Below, in pieces: positions 9,495 through 19,881 of a stretch of DNA of 64,000 bases (its first letter is position 1; each line of letters begins with the position of its first letter). The notes under the pieces are model-generated. The model saw nothing but the letters and a program-made list of their open reading frames with translations. It was not told the origin of the DNA and did no database searches. Position numbers and translations under genes: made by a program. The DNA lies in the IMG/VR virus record IMGVR_UViG_3300027722_000005, positions 1 to 64,000 of that record, one strand, 5' to 3'. The stretch comes from a virus.

Positions 9495-10094
9495 ATGGCT
9501 GATGCACGGGTAAAAGACCGGGCAAAACAACTGGCACGGGGACAGGGTGACGAAACCGAAGTCACCCTGTCCACCGGCGTTCGCGTGCGCCTGCACTCTG
9601 TCTCGGGCTCTCTGGTGGAGGACGTGAAGGACGCGATTCCCTTCCCGAAAGTCCCCGTGGTCTTTATCAAGGAGAAGGAGCGGGAAGAGGAAAACCCGTC
9701 CGACCCGGGCTACCTGGCGGCCTACGAGGAAGTGCGGAACAAGCGGGGCAATGCCGTGCTGGACGCGCTGCTCCTCTTTGGCCTGGAGTTGCTGGACGGC
9801 GTGCCCGAGGGCGACTGGCTCAAGAAGCTAAAGTTCTTGGAGCGCAAGGGGCTTCTGGACCTGTCGGGCTTTGACCTGGAGGACGACTTCGACCGGGAGT
9901 ACCTGTACAAGCGGCACGTCGCCGTTGCCGGGGCCGACCTCCAGACCATCTCCCCGCTGCAATCGCTGCGGCCCGAGGAGGTGGCCCGCGCCCGCCGTTC
10001 CTTTCTGGGCGACGCGCCACGGGGAGCCGATAGAGGACTACGGGCTGAAGCACTCGATCCAGACGGGGATCGAGATGAGCCCGCTGCTGGCTGA
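9495..10094 (+). CDS. Tail assembly chaperone (G-like)
   Basis: AAGGAGG RBS; lies between tail tube and tape measure. Confidence 0.65.
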   Translation: MADARVKDRAKQLARGQGDETEVTLSTGVRVRLHSVSGSLVEDVKDAIPFPKVPVVFIKEKEREEENPSDPGYLAAYEEVRNKRGNAVLDALLLFGLELLDGVPEGDWLKKLKFLERKGLLDLSGFDLEDDFDREYLYKRHVAVAGADLQTISPLQSLRPEEVARARRSFLGDAPRGADRGLRAEALDPDGDRDEPAAG

Positions 10095-10260
10095 GTGGGA
10101 AGCGGCCCACGCGGCGAACCTGGACCTCTACAAGTGGGACCAGGGCGAGTACCCGACGGCCTTCATGGCGCGGGTGCTGGCCTGGTTCTCGCGCCATAGG
10201 GAGCTGGAGATGCACCGGGACGATGCCGTGGCAAGGGCCATGGAGCGGAAGGGCAAATAG
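10000..10260 (+). CDS. Tail assembly chaperone extension (T-like), probably reached by frameshift (alternative ATG at 10075)
   Basis: Overlapping +1 frame ORF whose stop abuts the tape measure ATG. Confidence 0.55.
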   Translation, partial: PFWATRHGEPIEDYGLKHSIQTGIEMSPLLAEWEAAHAANLDLYKWDQGEYPTAFMARVLAWFSRHRELEMHRDDAVARAMERKGK

Positions 10261-13200
10261 ATGGCGCTGAAACAATCCGGCGTGCAGCTCGTCGCCGAGG
10301 GCTCGCAAGAGTTCGTCGTCAACGTCAATAAGGCCAACGAGGCCCTGGCTCAATTCCAGAAGCAGGTGGAGAGCACCGCGTCCGCGTCTGCCCAGATGGG
10401 CACGGCGGGCATGGACAAGTTCGCCGGCTCCTTCTACGATGCCACCAGCAAGTTGACCGAGCGGGCACAGGACATCAAGCAAACCGTCGAGGCCATGCGC
10501 ATCAAGGCGCCCCAACTGGACGAGGCCAGTTGGAACAAGATTGCCGAGCGCATGGCCGTGCGGCCCATCGGGGACTGGGGCGGCTTCGCCGATGAGTTCA
10601 AGCGCGTCGCCGCCGAAGTCGTGGCCGAACAGAGGAAGATGGGCGACGAGGCCGAAGCCCTGGCGGATAGGTACAAGCAGGCCACCAAGGAGATGCAGCC
10701 CTTCGGCCAGGCGCTTCTCGCCATCGGCGCGGCGGGCACGAGCGCGGCCCTGGCAACGTCCCTCGTCGCCAGCCGCATCGAGGAGCTTGAAACCATCCTC
10801 GAAGTGACGCGCGTCAACGCCGTAAACATGGCCGAGGCCGAGCTGGACTGGACCAAGGCATCGCAGCTTTCGACCCAGGCCGTGCAAGAAGAAGTCCAGG
10901 CCGTGCGCGACATGCACCTGGCGGGCACCGTCGCCAACCAGATGGTGGCCCAGCTCATCCGCTACAACCTGGACTGGTCGCGGGCCAGCGAAATGGCACG
11001 GCTGGCCCAGGACGCCGCCGTGTTCGCCATGCAGGACTCGACCAAGGCGGCCGAGGGGCTGATCAACGGCATCATCACCCTCCAGCCCCGCGTGTTGAGA
11101 ACCTACGGCCTGCTCATCAACCTGGATGTGGCCTACGAGAAGTACGCCCTGGCCAACAACGTCGCCGCCGAGTCGCTGACCGTCGCCGAGCGGCAGGCGG
11201 CCGCCTTCAACGAAGTGCTGGCCCAGGCGCCCCAGATTGCGGGTGCTTACGAGGCGGCCATGGGCACCGGGGCCAAGCAGATCCGGTCTTTCAAGACCGA
11301 CATCATCAACTTTTCGGAAGCCTACGGTGAAGCGTTCACGCCTACCCTGGATGCCGGCGTGGGCAAGGTGAGGGAGCTGATCAACGTCTTTGCCGACTTC
11401 TCCGAACCGGCACGGGCAGGCATTGCCACGACCGTCACCGCCGCGTCCGCCTTCGCTGCCCTGTCCGGCGGCGCCATTACCCTCGCGGCCAAATTGCCGA
11501 CGCTCACAAATGCCATGACCGCCTTCGGGGTCGCTACGGGAATATCGACCAAGGCGCTCCTGGGCATGGGCGGGCTCATCGCCATCCTGGCGGGCGTGGC
11601 GGCGGCCGTCGCCGCCGCCGAACGGGCGCACCGGGAAGAGGCCCTGGCTATTCTAGCCGGGGCGGAAAACTACCGGGCGTACATCATCAGGTTGGACGCC
11701 GCCACATTGTCAGCCTACGCGCTGACCGAGGGGCTGTACAAACTGGTCAAGGCGCAGGAAGAAAGCAACCAGGCAGCCTTCGCCAAGGCGCTCGATGATG
11801 CCAAGGCTTCCCTGGACGGTATGAGCATCGTTCTCGAAGATACCGACGCCGACCTGGAAAAACTGTCAAGGGGCACCGCCGTCGCCATCTCGGCGCTCTC
11901 CGATATGCAACTCCGCGTGCTACAGGACAAGGACGCCGTGCTGGAGCTGGGAACCGAAATGGGCCTGACGGGCGACGAGTTGATTCGTTGGGTGAACGCC
12001 GTCATTAACTTGGCAACAGAGATGGCCATCGCCCGGGGAGAGACGAAGAACTACACGGCCTTCGAGCGCGAGCGCGCCCAGGTTCTCCGCGAGAGCATGG
12101 GGCCAACGGAAGACCTTGCCAAACAAACAATCAACCTATCCGCCCGGGAAAAAGAGGTCCGCGACAACCTGGTCAAGCTGGGCTACAGCATGAAGGAGGC
12201 CACGAACATCACCCTGGGCTTTGGCCTGGCGATCCACGAGTCCACCTACCAACTCAGCATCATGGAGGAGCAGGCGCTGAAGAACAAGTACGCCCTGGCG
12301 GGACTGGCCGATGCCGAAAAGGAGTACGACGACCGCATGAAGGAAGCCCGGTCCCGCGCCGCCGACCAGATGGTCGCCGCCGACGAGCGGGCCAACGACC
12401 AGCGGGACAGCGCCGCCCAGAAGCTGCACGACGACCTGATCGACCTGAACAAAGACTATGCCGACAAGGTAGAAGATATCCTCAAAGACCTGGCGCAAAT
12501 CGACGTGGATTTGCAGGCCGACCTCCTGGCGGCGCAGCAAGAGAACCTGGCGGAGCGGCAAGAGGCGTGGGATGACTACCAGCAGGACCTGGCCGACTCT
12601 GAGCGAGATTTCCAGCAGGACATGGCCGACCTGGCGACCGACCGCCAGCGGGACATCGAGGACGCCAACCGCGACTATGCCCAGGACCGGGCCGACGCTT
12701 TGCGCGACTTGAACCGCGACCTGGAAGACCTGGAGCGCGACCACACGGCCAACCTGCTGGAAATCGACCGCGACTATTACAAAGAGTTGGAGGAACTGGC
12801 CGAAGAGTACGGGCAGAAGCTGTCCGACATCAACGAGAAGTACGCCCAGGAACGGCAGGACATCGAGGGCAAGTATTCGACAGAGCCCGAGGAGCCGGAC
12901 TTCGACGAGCGCCGCGAGGCCCTTCAGGAGCGGATCGCGGAGCTGGAAGAACTGCGCCAGGGCGGCATGGGCGTCTACTACGACGCCGAGCTGATGCAGC
13001 TCCAGAAGCAACTGGAAGAACTCAAGGCCGAGGAATTGGCGGCCCTGGATGATCGCAAGCAGGCAGAGCTTGACGCCCTGGAGGCGTGGCTGGCCGAGGA
13101 GCAGGCCATCCGCGACACGGCCCACCAGGGAGCCCTGGCGGCGGAGCAGGCGGCCTACGAGGGCAAGCGGGCAGAGAAGCAGCAGCAGTACGAGCAAGAC

Positions 13201-13998
13201 CTTATCGATCTTGCCGAGTCGCACCGGCTGGAGTTGGAGGAGATCGACCGCAGCTACCAGCAGAAGGAAGCCGACCTGAAGGCGGCCAACGAGAGGGAGC
13301 GGGCCGAGATCCTACGCCGCTACCTGGAGAAATTGACCGACCTCGATACCCAACTGGCGGCGGAGCAGGCCAAGCTGGCGGCCGACGCGGAGAAGGACCG
13401 GCTGCGGCTGCAAGAGAAGCTGGAAGAAGAAAAGACCAACTACGCCGAACGCGAGAAGGAACTCAACGACCACTACGGCCGGCAACTGGCGGAGATTGAC
13501 GCCAGCCAGAAGAAGGAGCACGACGAAATAAAGGCGGCGCTCGACAAAGAAGAATTGATGATCATCGATGAATTGGGTGCCCAAAACCGAGCCTTTTACG
13601 ACGCCCACAAAGTGCGGCACGACGACCTATACAACGCCCTCTATGGACCCGGCGGCGAGTACGAGCTGTGGAAGAAATACTTTGACGACCTCGCGGCCCT
13701 TTCGGAAAGCGGCTCGCCCTCCAAGTGGTTCATCCGCTTTGGGCAGCAGCAGGTCCAGGGCTACAAGATCGGCGCCGACTTTGAGCCCGCCATGCAACAG
13801 ATCATGGGCCAGTTCCAGGGGATGCAGTCGGACCTGATGGGCATGGCGCCTTCCCAGCAGGTGATCGTCCCGCCGATGATGGGGGGCGCGACGACCAACA
13901 ACAGCCTGAGTGTCACGGCGCAATACAAGCACCAGAGCGAGGCGTCCCTGCGGGATGACCTGGCGCTGTACTCCATGATGATGGGCATGAGAGCATGA
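10261..13998 (+). CDS. Tape measure protein
   Basis: 1245 aa, Ala-rich helical N-half, hydrophobic segment, long coiled coil, C-terminal SPSKWF motif. Confidence 0.9.
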   Translation: MALKQSGVQLVAEGSQEFVVNVNKANEALAQFQKQVESTASASAQMGTAGMDKFAGSFYDATSKLTERAQDIKQTVEAMRIKAPQLDEASWNKIAERMAVRPIGDWGGFADEFKRVAAEVVAEQRKMGDEAEALADRYKQATKEMQPFGQALLAIGAAGTSAALATSLVASRIEELETILEVTRVNAVNMAEAELDWTKASQLSTQAVQEEVQAVRDMHLAGTVANQMVAQLIRYNLDWSRASEMARLAQDAAVFAMQDSTKAAEGLINGIITLQPRVLRTYGLLINLDVAYEKYALANNVAAESLTVAERQAAAFNEVLAQAPQIAGAYEAAMGTGAKQIRSFKTDIINFSEAYGEAFTPTLDAGVGKVRELINVFADFSEPARAGIATTVTAASAFAALSGGAITLAAKLPTLTNAMTAFGVATGISTKALLGMGGLIAILAGVAAAVAAAERAHREEALAILAGAENYRAYIIRLDAATLSAYALTEGLYKLVKAQEESNQAAFAKALDDAKASLDGMSIVLEDTDADLEKLSRGTAVAISALSDMQLRVLQDKDAVLELGTEMGLTGDELIRWVNAVINLATEMAIARGETKNYTAFERERAQVLRESMGPTEDLAKQTINLSAREKEVRDNLVKLGYSMKEATNITLGFGLAIHESTYQLSIMEEQALKNKYALAGLADAEKEYDDRMKEARSRAADQMVAADERANDQRDSAAQKLHDDLIDLNKDYADKVEDILKDLAQIDVDLQADLLAAQQENLAERQEAWDDYQQDLADSERDFQQDMADLATDRQRDIEDANRDYAQDRADALRDLNRDLEDLERDHTANLLEIDRDYYKELEELAEEYGQKLSDINEKYAQERQDIEGKYSTEPEEPDFDERREALQERIAELEELRQGGMGVYYDAELMQLQKQLEELKAEELAALDDRKQAELDALEAWLAEEQAIRDTAHQGALAAEQAAYEGKRAEKQQQYEQDLIDLAESHRLELEEIDRSYQQKEADLKAANERERAEILRRYLEKLTDLDTQLAAEQAKLAADAEKDRLRLQEKLEEEKTNYAEREKELNDHYGRQLAEIDASQKKEHDEIKAALDKEELMIIDELGAQNRAFYDAHKVRHDDLYNALYGPGGEYELWKKYFDDLAALSESGSPSKWFIRFGQQQVQGYKIGADFEPAMQQIMGQFQGMQSDLMGMAPSQQVIVPPMMGGATTNNSLSVTAQYKHQSEASLRDDLALYSMMMGMRA

Positions 13999-14909
13999 AA
14001 CCCTTTCCCGAGTTGGAGTTGGAATCCGCCGGCGGCACCGTCTACCCCCTGGTGATGCCGTACCGGCAGGCGACGGAATGGTCGGGGCTGGGCCTGCCGC
14101 CCATCCGCCACTGGACGACGCGGGCGCCCTTCCAGACAGGCGAATCCCACTGGGGCTACGCCATCGGCCCGCGGGTGATCAACGTCGTCCTATACACCAA
14201 GGGCTGCGACCGGGCGGATATGTACGCCAAGACGCGGGCCAACACCCTGATGCTGAGTCCGACGAACGGGCCGCACAAGCTGCGACTGATCACGCCGGAC
14301 CTCAAGCAGTACGAGCTGCACAACGTCTGGGTCACAGGCGGCTACGAGCTTTCGACGCAGGACCAGCGGTCGCCCCGGCGGCAGAGCGGGGCAGTGCAGT
14401 TGACGGCCTACGACCCCATCTGGAAGTGGGCCAATAGCCCCCTGGGCGTGGGGGAGACGCGGGACGCGAGCGGGCGGACGTGCATGGCGACGGACGCCTT
14501 TGTGACGGCCAATACCCTGGTCCTGCCCTTTACCGGGCCGTATCTGCTCAACACCGTGACCGCTACAGCCTCCCTGACCTGCGTCAACGACGGTTCGTGG
14601 GCCGTGCGGCCGACGGTCACGATGGAGGGGCCGCTGTCAGATTGGACGCTGACCAATGCCACCACAGGCAAGGCCATGGCCTGGGATGGCTACGACATCG
14701 CCACGGGCGAGATCGTGGCCATCGACATCCCCAACAAGACCGTGACCAACGGGGCGGGCACGGACCTGACGACCTACCTATCCGGCGACTTTGGCACGTT
14801 CGCCCTGGAGCCGGGGGCCAACACAATCAATTTCTTCGGCGCGGGCAGCGTGGTGGCGGCCGTTACAACGGTCGGCATCTGCTGGTACGTGGAGTTGCTG
14901 GGACTATGA
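13995..14909 (+). CDS. Distal tail (Dit)-like protein
   Basis: Follows TMP; L.AYDPIW, NDGS...P.VT..GP, FALEPGANTI motifs. Confidence 0.8.
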   Translation: MKPFPELELESAGGTVYPLVMPYRQATEWSGLGLPPIRHWTTRAPFQTGESHWGYAIGPRVINVVLYTKGCDRADMYAKTRANTLMLSPTNGPHKLRLITPDLKQYELHNVWVTGGYELSTQDQRSPRRQSGAVQLTAYDPIWKWANSPLGVGETRDASGRTCMATDAFVTANTLVLPFTGPYLLNTVTATASLTCVNDGSWAVRPTVTMEGPLSDWTLTNATTGKAMAWDGYDIATGEIVAIDIPNKTVTNGAGTDLTTYLSGDFGTFALEPGANTINFFGAGSVVAAVTTVGICWYVELLGL

Positions 14910-16033
14910 CACAAAAGAGCTTGCACTGGGATGGGGCGAGTGTGGGGGATGCCCACGCCCTGGTCGAGAATGCGACGGACGGCATCGGCTACCGGCTGGC
15001 GAACGCCGACTACGAGTCACCCTTTGTAGACCTGGCCCTGCGGATGCTGCTCAACGGCGACGAGAACCGGGGCGTGCTGCCCGGCTGGCTCAACGAGCTG
15101 GAAGTGACGGGCGTGGCGACGCCCGTCCAGGTGGACACGGGCGGGGCGGTTTGTTACGGGATGCCCTACGAGAACACGGTGGCGGTCGCGGTCGCCGTGC
15201 CCAGCCCGACGACAGACGTGCGCCAGGACCGGATAGTTCTCCGCCGCGACTGGGCAGCGCAGACGGTGCGCATCACGCGCGTCGCGGGCGCGGAGGGCGG
15301 CGGCGTCCCGGCCCTGGTGCAAAGCCCGGCCCCGGGCGGCTCGGGGGTGTACGACGTGCCCCTGGCAACCCTGGCGGTCACGACGGCTGGGGTTATCGCC
15401 GTGACCGACGACCGCGAGTTCTGCACGTTCGGCACAGCCCCGGGCACGGATGCCTTTGGCGCGATGCACATCACCGATGCCTCTGTGGACTTTATCGACC
15501 GGGATACCAGGGACAGGATCATCTTCCTGGGGGGCGGCGATTTGCAACCCGCCCTGACCGCCGGCAAGTGGACGATCTACGGGGGCAGCACCGTCACCCT
15601 GACCGGCACGGCTGGATGGGATGGCGGGGCCAACGAGCAGGGCTGGCAGATCACCGGCTCGGCCTACGAGGGCGCGGTGGGCTCCTTCCGCCCGCCCGCC
15701 GATTACGCCGGCGGCCCGGTGAGCATGTACGTCTGGTGGGTTTCCAACTCGGCGCTGGCCGCGACCTTTTCCGTGCGGGTCAACGTCCAGGCATATACCG
15801 AGTACGCTTCTGGCGGCTTCTCCTGGAACAACATCGCCAACTCTTCTGTCTCTATTGCCGAAACCCTGGTGGCCCACCAGGTCTACCGCACCGCCGGGCC
15901 GAGTTGGACCGATGCCCCGACGGTGTTCGCGCCAGAAGTGCTGTGGTACGTCATGGCCTATTGGAACAACCCGGCCGGTGCCGAAGACATCAACATCCTT
16001 GGCGTAGAGATACGCTATACGGGGTACGTCTAA
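14906..16033 (+). CDS. Minor tail/baseplate protein, paralog 1
   Basis: MTQKSLHWDG...RGVLPGWLNELEV...TGGAVCYG...YDVPLA. Confidence 0.75.
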   Translation: MTQKSLHWDGASVGDAHALVENATDGIGYRLANADYESPFVDLALRMLLNGDENRGVLPGWLNELEVTGVATPVQVDTGGAVCYGMPYENTVAVAVAVPSPTTDVRQDRIVLRRDWAAQTVRITRVAGAEGGGVPALVQSPAPGGSGVYDVPLATLAVTTAGVIAVTDDREFCTFGTAPGTDAFGAMHITDASVDFIDRDTRDRIIFLGGGDLQPALTAGKWTIYGGSTVTLTGTAGWDGGANEQGWQITGSAYEGAVGSFRPPADYAGGPVSMYVWWVSNSALAATFSVRVNVQAYTEYASGGFSWNNIANSSVSIAETLVAHQVYRTAGPSWTDAPTVFAPEVLWYVMAYWNNPAGAEDINILGVEIRYTGYV

Positions 16034-17046
16034 TGCCAGAGACAAGTTATCTTTGGGACAATCCCGGCACGGGCGACAGCCCCGCCGGGGGCTACGGCAA
16101 CGACGAGCTGTGCCAGGGCATCTTTCGGATGCTGTTCAACGGCACGGGCGACCAGGGTGTCCTGCGCGGCTGGCTGAACGACCTGGAAGTGACCGACGGG
16201 GGCGGGCTGGATGCCGACGTGGACACCGGGGCGGCGCTGTGCTATGGCGTCTGGTACGAGAGCGACGCCGCCGAAACCGTAGCCCTGCCCAATAACTCGA
16301 CCGTCCACGTCGTCGTGCGGGCGTCCTGGGCAACACAGACCGCCCGGCTGGCCCAGGTGGCAGCCCTGACCCAGACGCCGGGCGCGACCTACGACATCCC
16401 CCTGGCCGAAGTGACGACCGTTGGCGGGGCCATCACCGTGATCACCGACGAGCGGGACTATTGCGAGTATTCCACGGCCCTGTGGCCCTTCACCGTGGAG
16501 GCCGACAACATCCTGGCCGACGCCGTGACGCCGATCAAGCTCATCAACCAGGGCCGCTACTTTCCCCGGGGCGCGGGCTGTATCGCCCCCGACGCCACGA
16601 ACCCGGTAGTCTGGACGGCCAATACAACTCGCATCCCCTACCACGACGCCTGGGGCTTTGTCGATGCGGCCATGACCGCCGGTTGGGTGACGTTCCGCGT
16701 ACCGCCCGACTTTACCGGGGCGGGCCTGGACATTTACCTCTTCGACGGCAATATCGTGTTGACGGATAGCACGGGGGCCGTGCGCTGGGGCTACAGCGCC
16801 TGGATCGCCGCCGCGGGCGGAGTCCTGGCCAACACCGCCGCCGAGGCCACGCAGCCGGGACCAATCGGCCAGGTGGGCGTGGGCAGCACCATATACCTGG
16901 CATTCTGGAACCTCTGCACCCTGGCCGTCTCGGCGGGCGACCTGGTGCACCTCCAGATATACCGGGACACGGCCGACCTGGCGGACACCTTTGCCAGCAC
17001 CGTGCGGCTCTTTCAAATAGAGGCGCGATATACAGCGGATGGGTAG
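16033..17046 (+). CDS. Minor tail/baseplate protein, paralog 2
   Basis: MPETSYLWD...QGVLRGWLNDLEV...TGAALCYG...YDIPLA. Confidence 0.75.
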   Translation: MPETSYLWDNPGTGDSPAGGYGNDELCQGIFRMLFNGTGDQGVLRGWLNDLEVTDGGGLDADVDTGAALCYGVWYESDAAETVALPNNSTVHVVVRASWATQTARLAQVAALTQTPGATYDIPLAEVTTVGGAITVITDERDYCEYSTALWPFTVEADNILADAVTPIKLINQGRYFPRGAGCIAPDATNPVVWTANTTRIPYHDAWGFVDAAMTAGWVTFRVPPDFTGAGLDIYLFDGNIVLTDSTGAVRWGYSAWIAAAGGVLANTAAEATQPGPIGQVGVGSTIYLAFWNLCTLAVSAGDLVHLQIYRDTADLADTFASTVRLFQIEARYTADG

Positions 17047-17049
17047 AAC

Positions 17050-18075
17050 ATGACACAGAGGAGTCTCTTCTGGGATGGGCAAGTCTTGGGCGACTGCGGC
17101 CCCTACACCCAGGCACATCTCCATGACCAGTTCTTTCGCTCTGTCCTGGGTGCCACGGGCGACCGGGGTGTGGTGCGCGGCTGGCGGGACGAATTGCTGG
17201 TATCGGGCACAAGCTCGCCCCTGTCCGTGGCAACGGGCGGGGCGGTCGTGTACGGCACGATCCACGACTCGGATGCCGCCGTGTCGGTCAGCATCCCCAC
17301 GCCATCGACGGGCAATAGCCGCTATGATCGCGTGGTCGCGCAACGAACCTGGTCAACGCAGGTGGTGCGCATTGCCCGCGTCTCGGGCGTAGCAGCCGCC
17401 GTGCCGGTCGTGCCCGCCCTGACGCAGACGGCAAACATCACCTGGGAGATCCCACTGGCGACGGTGTTCATCGACGATGCGGGGGCCATCACTGTGACCG
17501 ACACCCGCGCCTTTTGCGCCTACCCCACCGAATGGCCGGCCAACGTCGTCCAGGCCGGGATGTACGAACAGGGGGCAGTGACGGCCGCCAAGATTCCCGA
17601 CCGGACACGCTACGACCTCAAGGGTGCCAACCAGATCCGGCCCGATAGCGTCAACCCCTGCACCTGGACGGCGGGCGCGTCCTACGACTACTGGGCGTTT
17701 GCCGACGCGGCCACGAGCGCGGGCTGGGTCTACTTCATGGCGCCCGACGGCTTGGTGGGCGCAGCCGTCAACATCTACCTCTGGACCGTGCCCAACGTCA
17801 ACGGCGCCGGGGGCGGGGCCGAAAACGCCCAGTGGGACTATTCGGCCTGGCACGGGGCCGACGGCGGGGCGCTGACCAACACAGCCGGCACGGTCAACGC
17901 CGACCAGCAGGCCCGGGTCAATACCAGGGTTTACCGGGATCAGCTCATCGCCGCCCTGGCCGTGGGCGAGGGCCAGATTATCGGCGTCCAGGTAAGCCGT
18001 GATGGCGCGGCCGACTCGTACAACAGCGCCGTGCGCCTCCTGGGGATCGAGATGGCCTGGACCGCCGACGCATAA
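17050..18075 (+). CDS. Minor tail/baseplate protein, paralog 3
   Basis: MTQRSLFWDG...RGVVRGWRDELLV...TGGAVVYG...WEIPLA. Confidence 0.75.
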   Translation: MTQRSLFWDGQVLGDCGPYTQAHLHDQFFRSVLGATGDRGVVRGWRDELLVSGTSSPLSVATGGAVVYGTIHDSDAAVSVSIPTPSTGNSRYDRVVAQRTWSTQVVRIARVSGVAAAVPVVPALTQTANITWEIPLATVFIDDAGAITVTDTRAFCAYPTEWPANVVQAGMYEQGAVTAAKIPDRTRYDLKGANQIRPDSVNPCTWTAGASYDYWAFADAATSAGWVYFMAPDGLVGAAVNIYLWTVPNVNGAGGGAENAQWDYSAWHGADGGALTNTAGTVNADQQARVNTRVYRDQLIAALAVGEGQIIGVQVSRDGAADSYNSAVRLLGIEMAWTADA

Positions 18076-18084
18076 GGAGCGCCC

Positions 18085-19248
18085 ATGCCCACCTTTGCCA
18101 ACTATAATGTCCATCTTTGCGATTGGACGGGTGCCAAGCTCACCATGCTGCACACGTCGGGCCTCCGCGACTCCGACTTCCTGTCCATCGCCTGGCAGAA
18201 GCGGCTGAACGGCCCGGGCGTCTATCGCGCCGAGTTCGTGGCCGAGACGGGCACCAAAGACCTTTTCAGAGTAGACTACGGCCTCCTGGTCGAAAGAGAC
18301 TACGGGGCGGGCTACTACGAGGAATACTACGGCCTGCACCACGACTCGGAAGAGTGGCTGACCAGTGGCGACGTGGACGAACACTACTGGGCAAGCATGG
18401 GACAGAGCCCCGAATGGCTCCTGGATCAGCCCCTGCTTCAGCCCCTGCCCAGCGCCAACCCCGACCGGCTGCGGTACGATATGTGGTGGCAGCACGGCCC
18501 GGCGGACGACATCGTGAAGCAGATGGCATCGGAGAGCATGGGCGGCGGGGCGGAGACCGACAGGCAAGTGAGCGGCTTCGCCGTGGAGGGCTACGCCGGG
18601 GCTGGGGCCTGGAGCTGTCACCAGGGGCGCTATACCCGGCTCCTGCAATCCATGCAGGACACCATGGGCGAAGACGGCTCCCTCGGTCTGTGTGACTTTC
18701 GCGTCGTGCGCGTCAGCGGCGGCTTCGAGCTGCGGACCTATGCCCCCTTTTACGGCACAGACCGCCGGCGGGGGCACTCAGTCCGGCCCACGGTCTTCTC
18801 CCTGGAACTGGAGAATGTCTTGAACCCCAAGCGCCAGGTGATTCGCCACGGCGAAGTCACCGTGGCCCTCGGCGGCTGGACGGGCGGCAAGGCGGAGCGG
18901 GCCATCTACCAGCGCACCAACCCGGCGGCCCTGGCAGAATCGCCCTTCCGGCGCCGTGAGGAGTTCTACGACCTGCGGGACGTGGCCCAGCCGGACGTGA
19001 TCGACGGACTCCTGGACCAGTATCTCATCAACGACGGCAGGCGGGAGAACGTGGAGTTCGACCCCATCCAGACGGGCGCCTGCCTGTACGGGCGCGATTG
19101 GAACCTGGGGGATTTGGTCACGTTAGATTTGTGGGGCAACTCCTATGACATGCGGATCACCGAAGTCCTGGGCAGGATTGACGGGCAGAACGAAGAGGTT
19201 ATCCAGGGCAAGGCGGAGCTTTGGACGCGGGGAGAGACGGTAACATGA
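18085..19248 (+). CDS. Baseplate hub / ReqiPepy6 Gp37-like tail protein
   Basis: RLNGPG, GTDRR...FSLELENV, RRREEFYD.RD, YGRDWNLGDLVT. Confidence 0.75.
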   Translation: MPTFANYNVHLCDWTGAKLTMLHTSGLRDSDFLSIAWQKRLNGPGVYRAEFVAETGTKDLFRVDYGLLVERDYGAGYYEEYYGLHHDSEEWLTSGDVDEHYWASMGQSPEWLLDQPLLQPLPSANPDRLRYDMWWQHGPADDIVKQMASESMGGGAETDRQVSGFAVEGYAGAGAWSCHQGRYTRLLQSMQDTMGEDGSLGLCDFRVVRVSGGFELRTYAPFYGTDRRRGHSVRPTVFSLELENVLNPKRQVIRHGEVTVALGGWTGGKAERAIYQRTNPAALAESPFRRREEFYDLRDVAQPDVIDGLLDQYLINDGRRENVEFDPIQTGACLYGRDWNLGDLVTLDLWGNSYDMRITEVLGRIDGQNEEVIQGKAELWTRGETVT

Positions 19249-19841
19249 GCCAGCGGGGCGGATTTGCGACACTCCAGGGGCAGATAGACCAGATTCAGAA
19301 AGAGCGGCAGCGGATGGCCGGCTACGAGGGAGCCCCCGACCAGGGCGCATTCACCGCCTCTGCATCCTGCCCGCCGACCACTGCCCTCCAACTGCGGGGC
19401 GGCTGGATCACCGGGGGGAGCGGGCAGACGTTCTATATCCAGGACAAGACGCTGGACTTTGGGGCAGGCAGCGACGACGAGGCCCTGGCTTTTACCAATC
19501 CCGGCTGGTATTATGGCGTCGCCGTGAGTCATTCCTACACGTACAGCGGGACGACCTACGAGTTCTCCACCAGCTTTAACAACTGGTGGACCCCGGAGCG
19601 GGGAACTGCCGTCTGCGCCGAGCAGTACGCCGAGTGGCTTTTGCGTGATGAGGGTCCGGCCAGTAGCGGCTACCTGGTGTGCATCGTCGTCTTGCGAAAC
19701 GACGGCACGGTCAGCGCCCCCGGTCGGGTATTGCCCATCGATGCCGTGAATCGCGGTCGGTCCTACATCTACCGCGACATCCGGGGGATTACGGTGGGCG
19801 ACTGGGGTTTCTGGGTGGATTCACCGCCGCCGCCGTGCTAA
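19245..19841 (+). CDS. Putative minor tail protein
   Basis: Last gene of tail operon, N-terminal coiled coil. Confidence 0.5.
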   Translation: MSQRGGFATLQGQIDQIQKERQRMAGYEGAPDQGAFTASASCPPTTALQLRGGWITGGSGQTFYIQDKTLDFGAGSDDEALAFTNPGWYYGVAVSHSYTYSGTTYEFSTSFNNWWTPERGTAVCAEQYAEWLLRDEGPASSGYLVCIVVLRNDGTVSAPGRVLPIDAVNRGRSYIYRDIRGITVGDWGFWVDSPPPPC

Positions 19842-19881
19842 TAGCGGGGCACCCCGCCGGTCACGGTCTTTGTCGTTGCGG

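Noticed and set aside
3736-9596. Long antisense ORFs (793 aa, 588 aa and others)
   Set aside because: Shadow frames of GC-rich sense genes with no motifs
12300-13560. Quasi-repeats in the tape measure coiled coil
   Set aside because: In-frame protein-level repeats, typical of tape measure proteins
14906-19841. Possible diversity-generating retroelement targeting tail genes
   Set aside because: No reverse transcriptase and no adenine-specific TR/VR pair seen; the paralogy is ancient and protein-level
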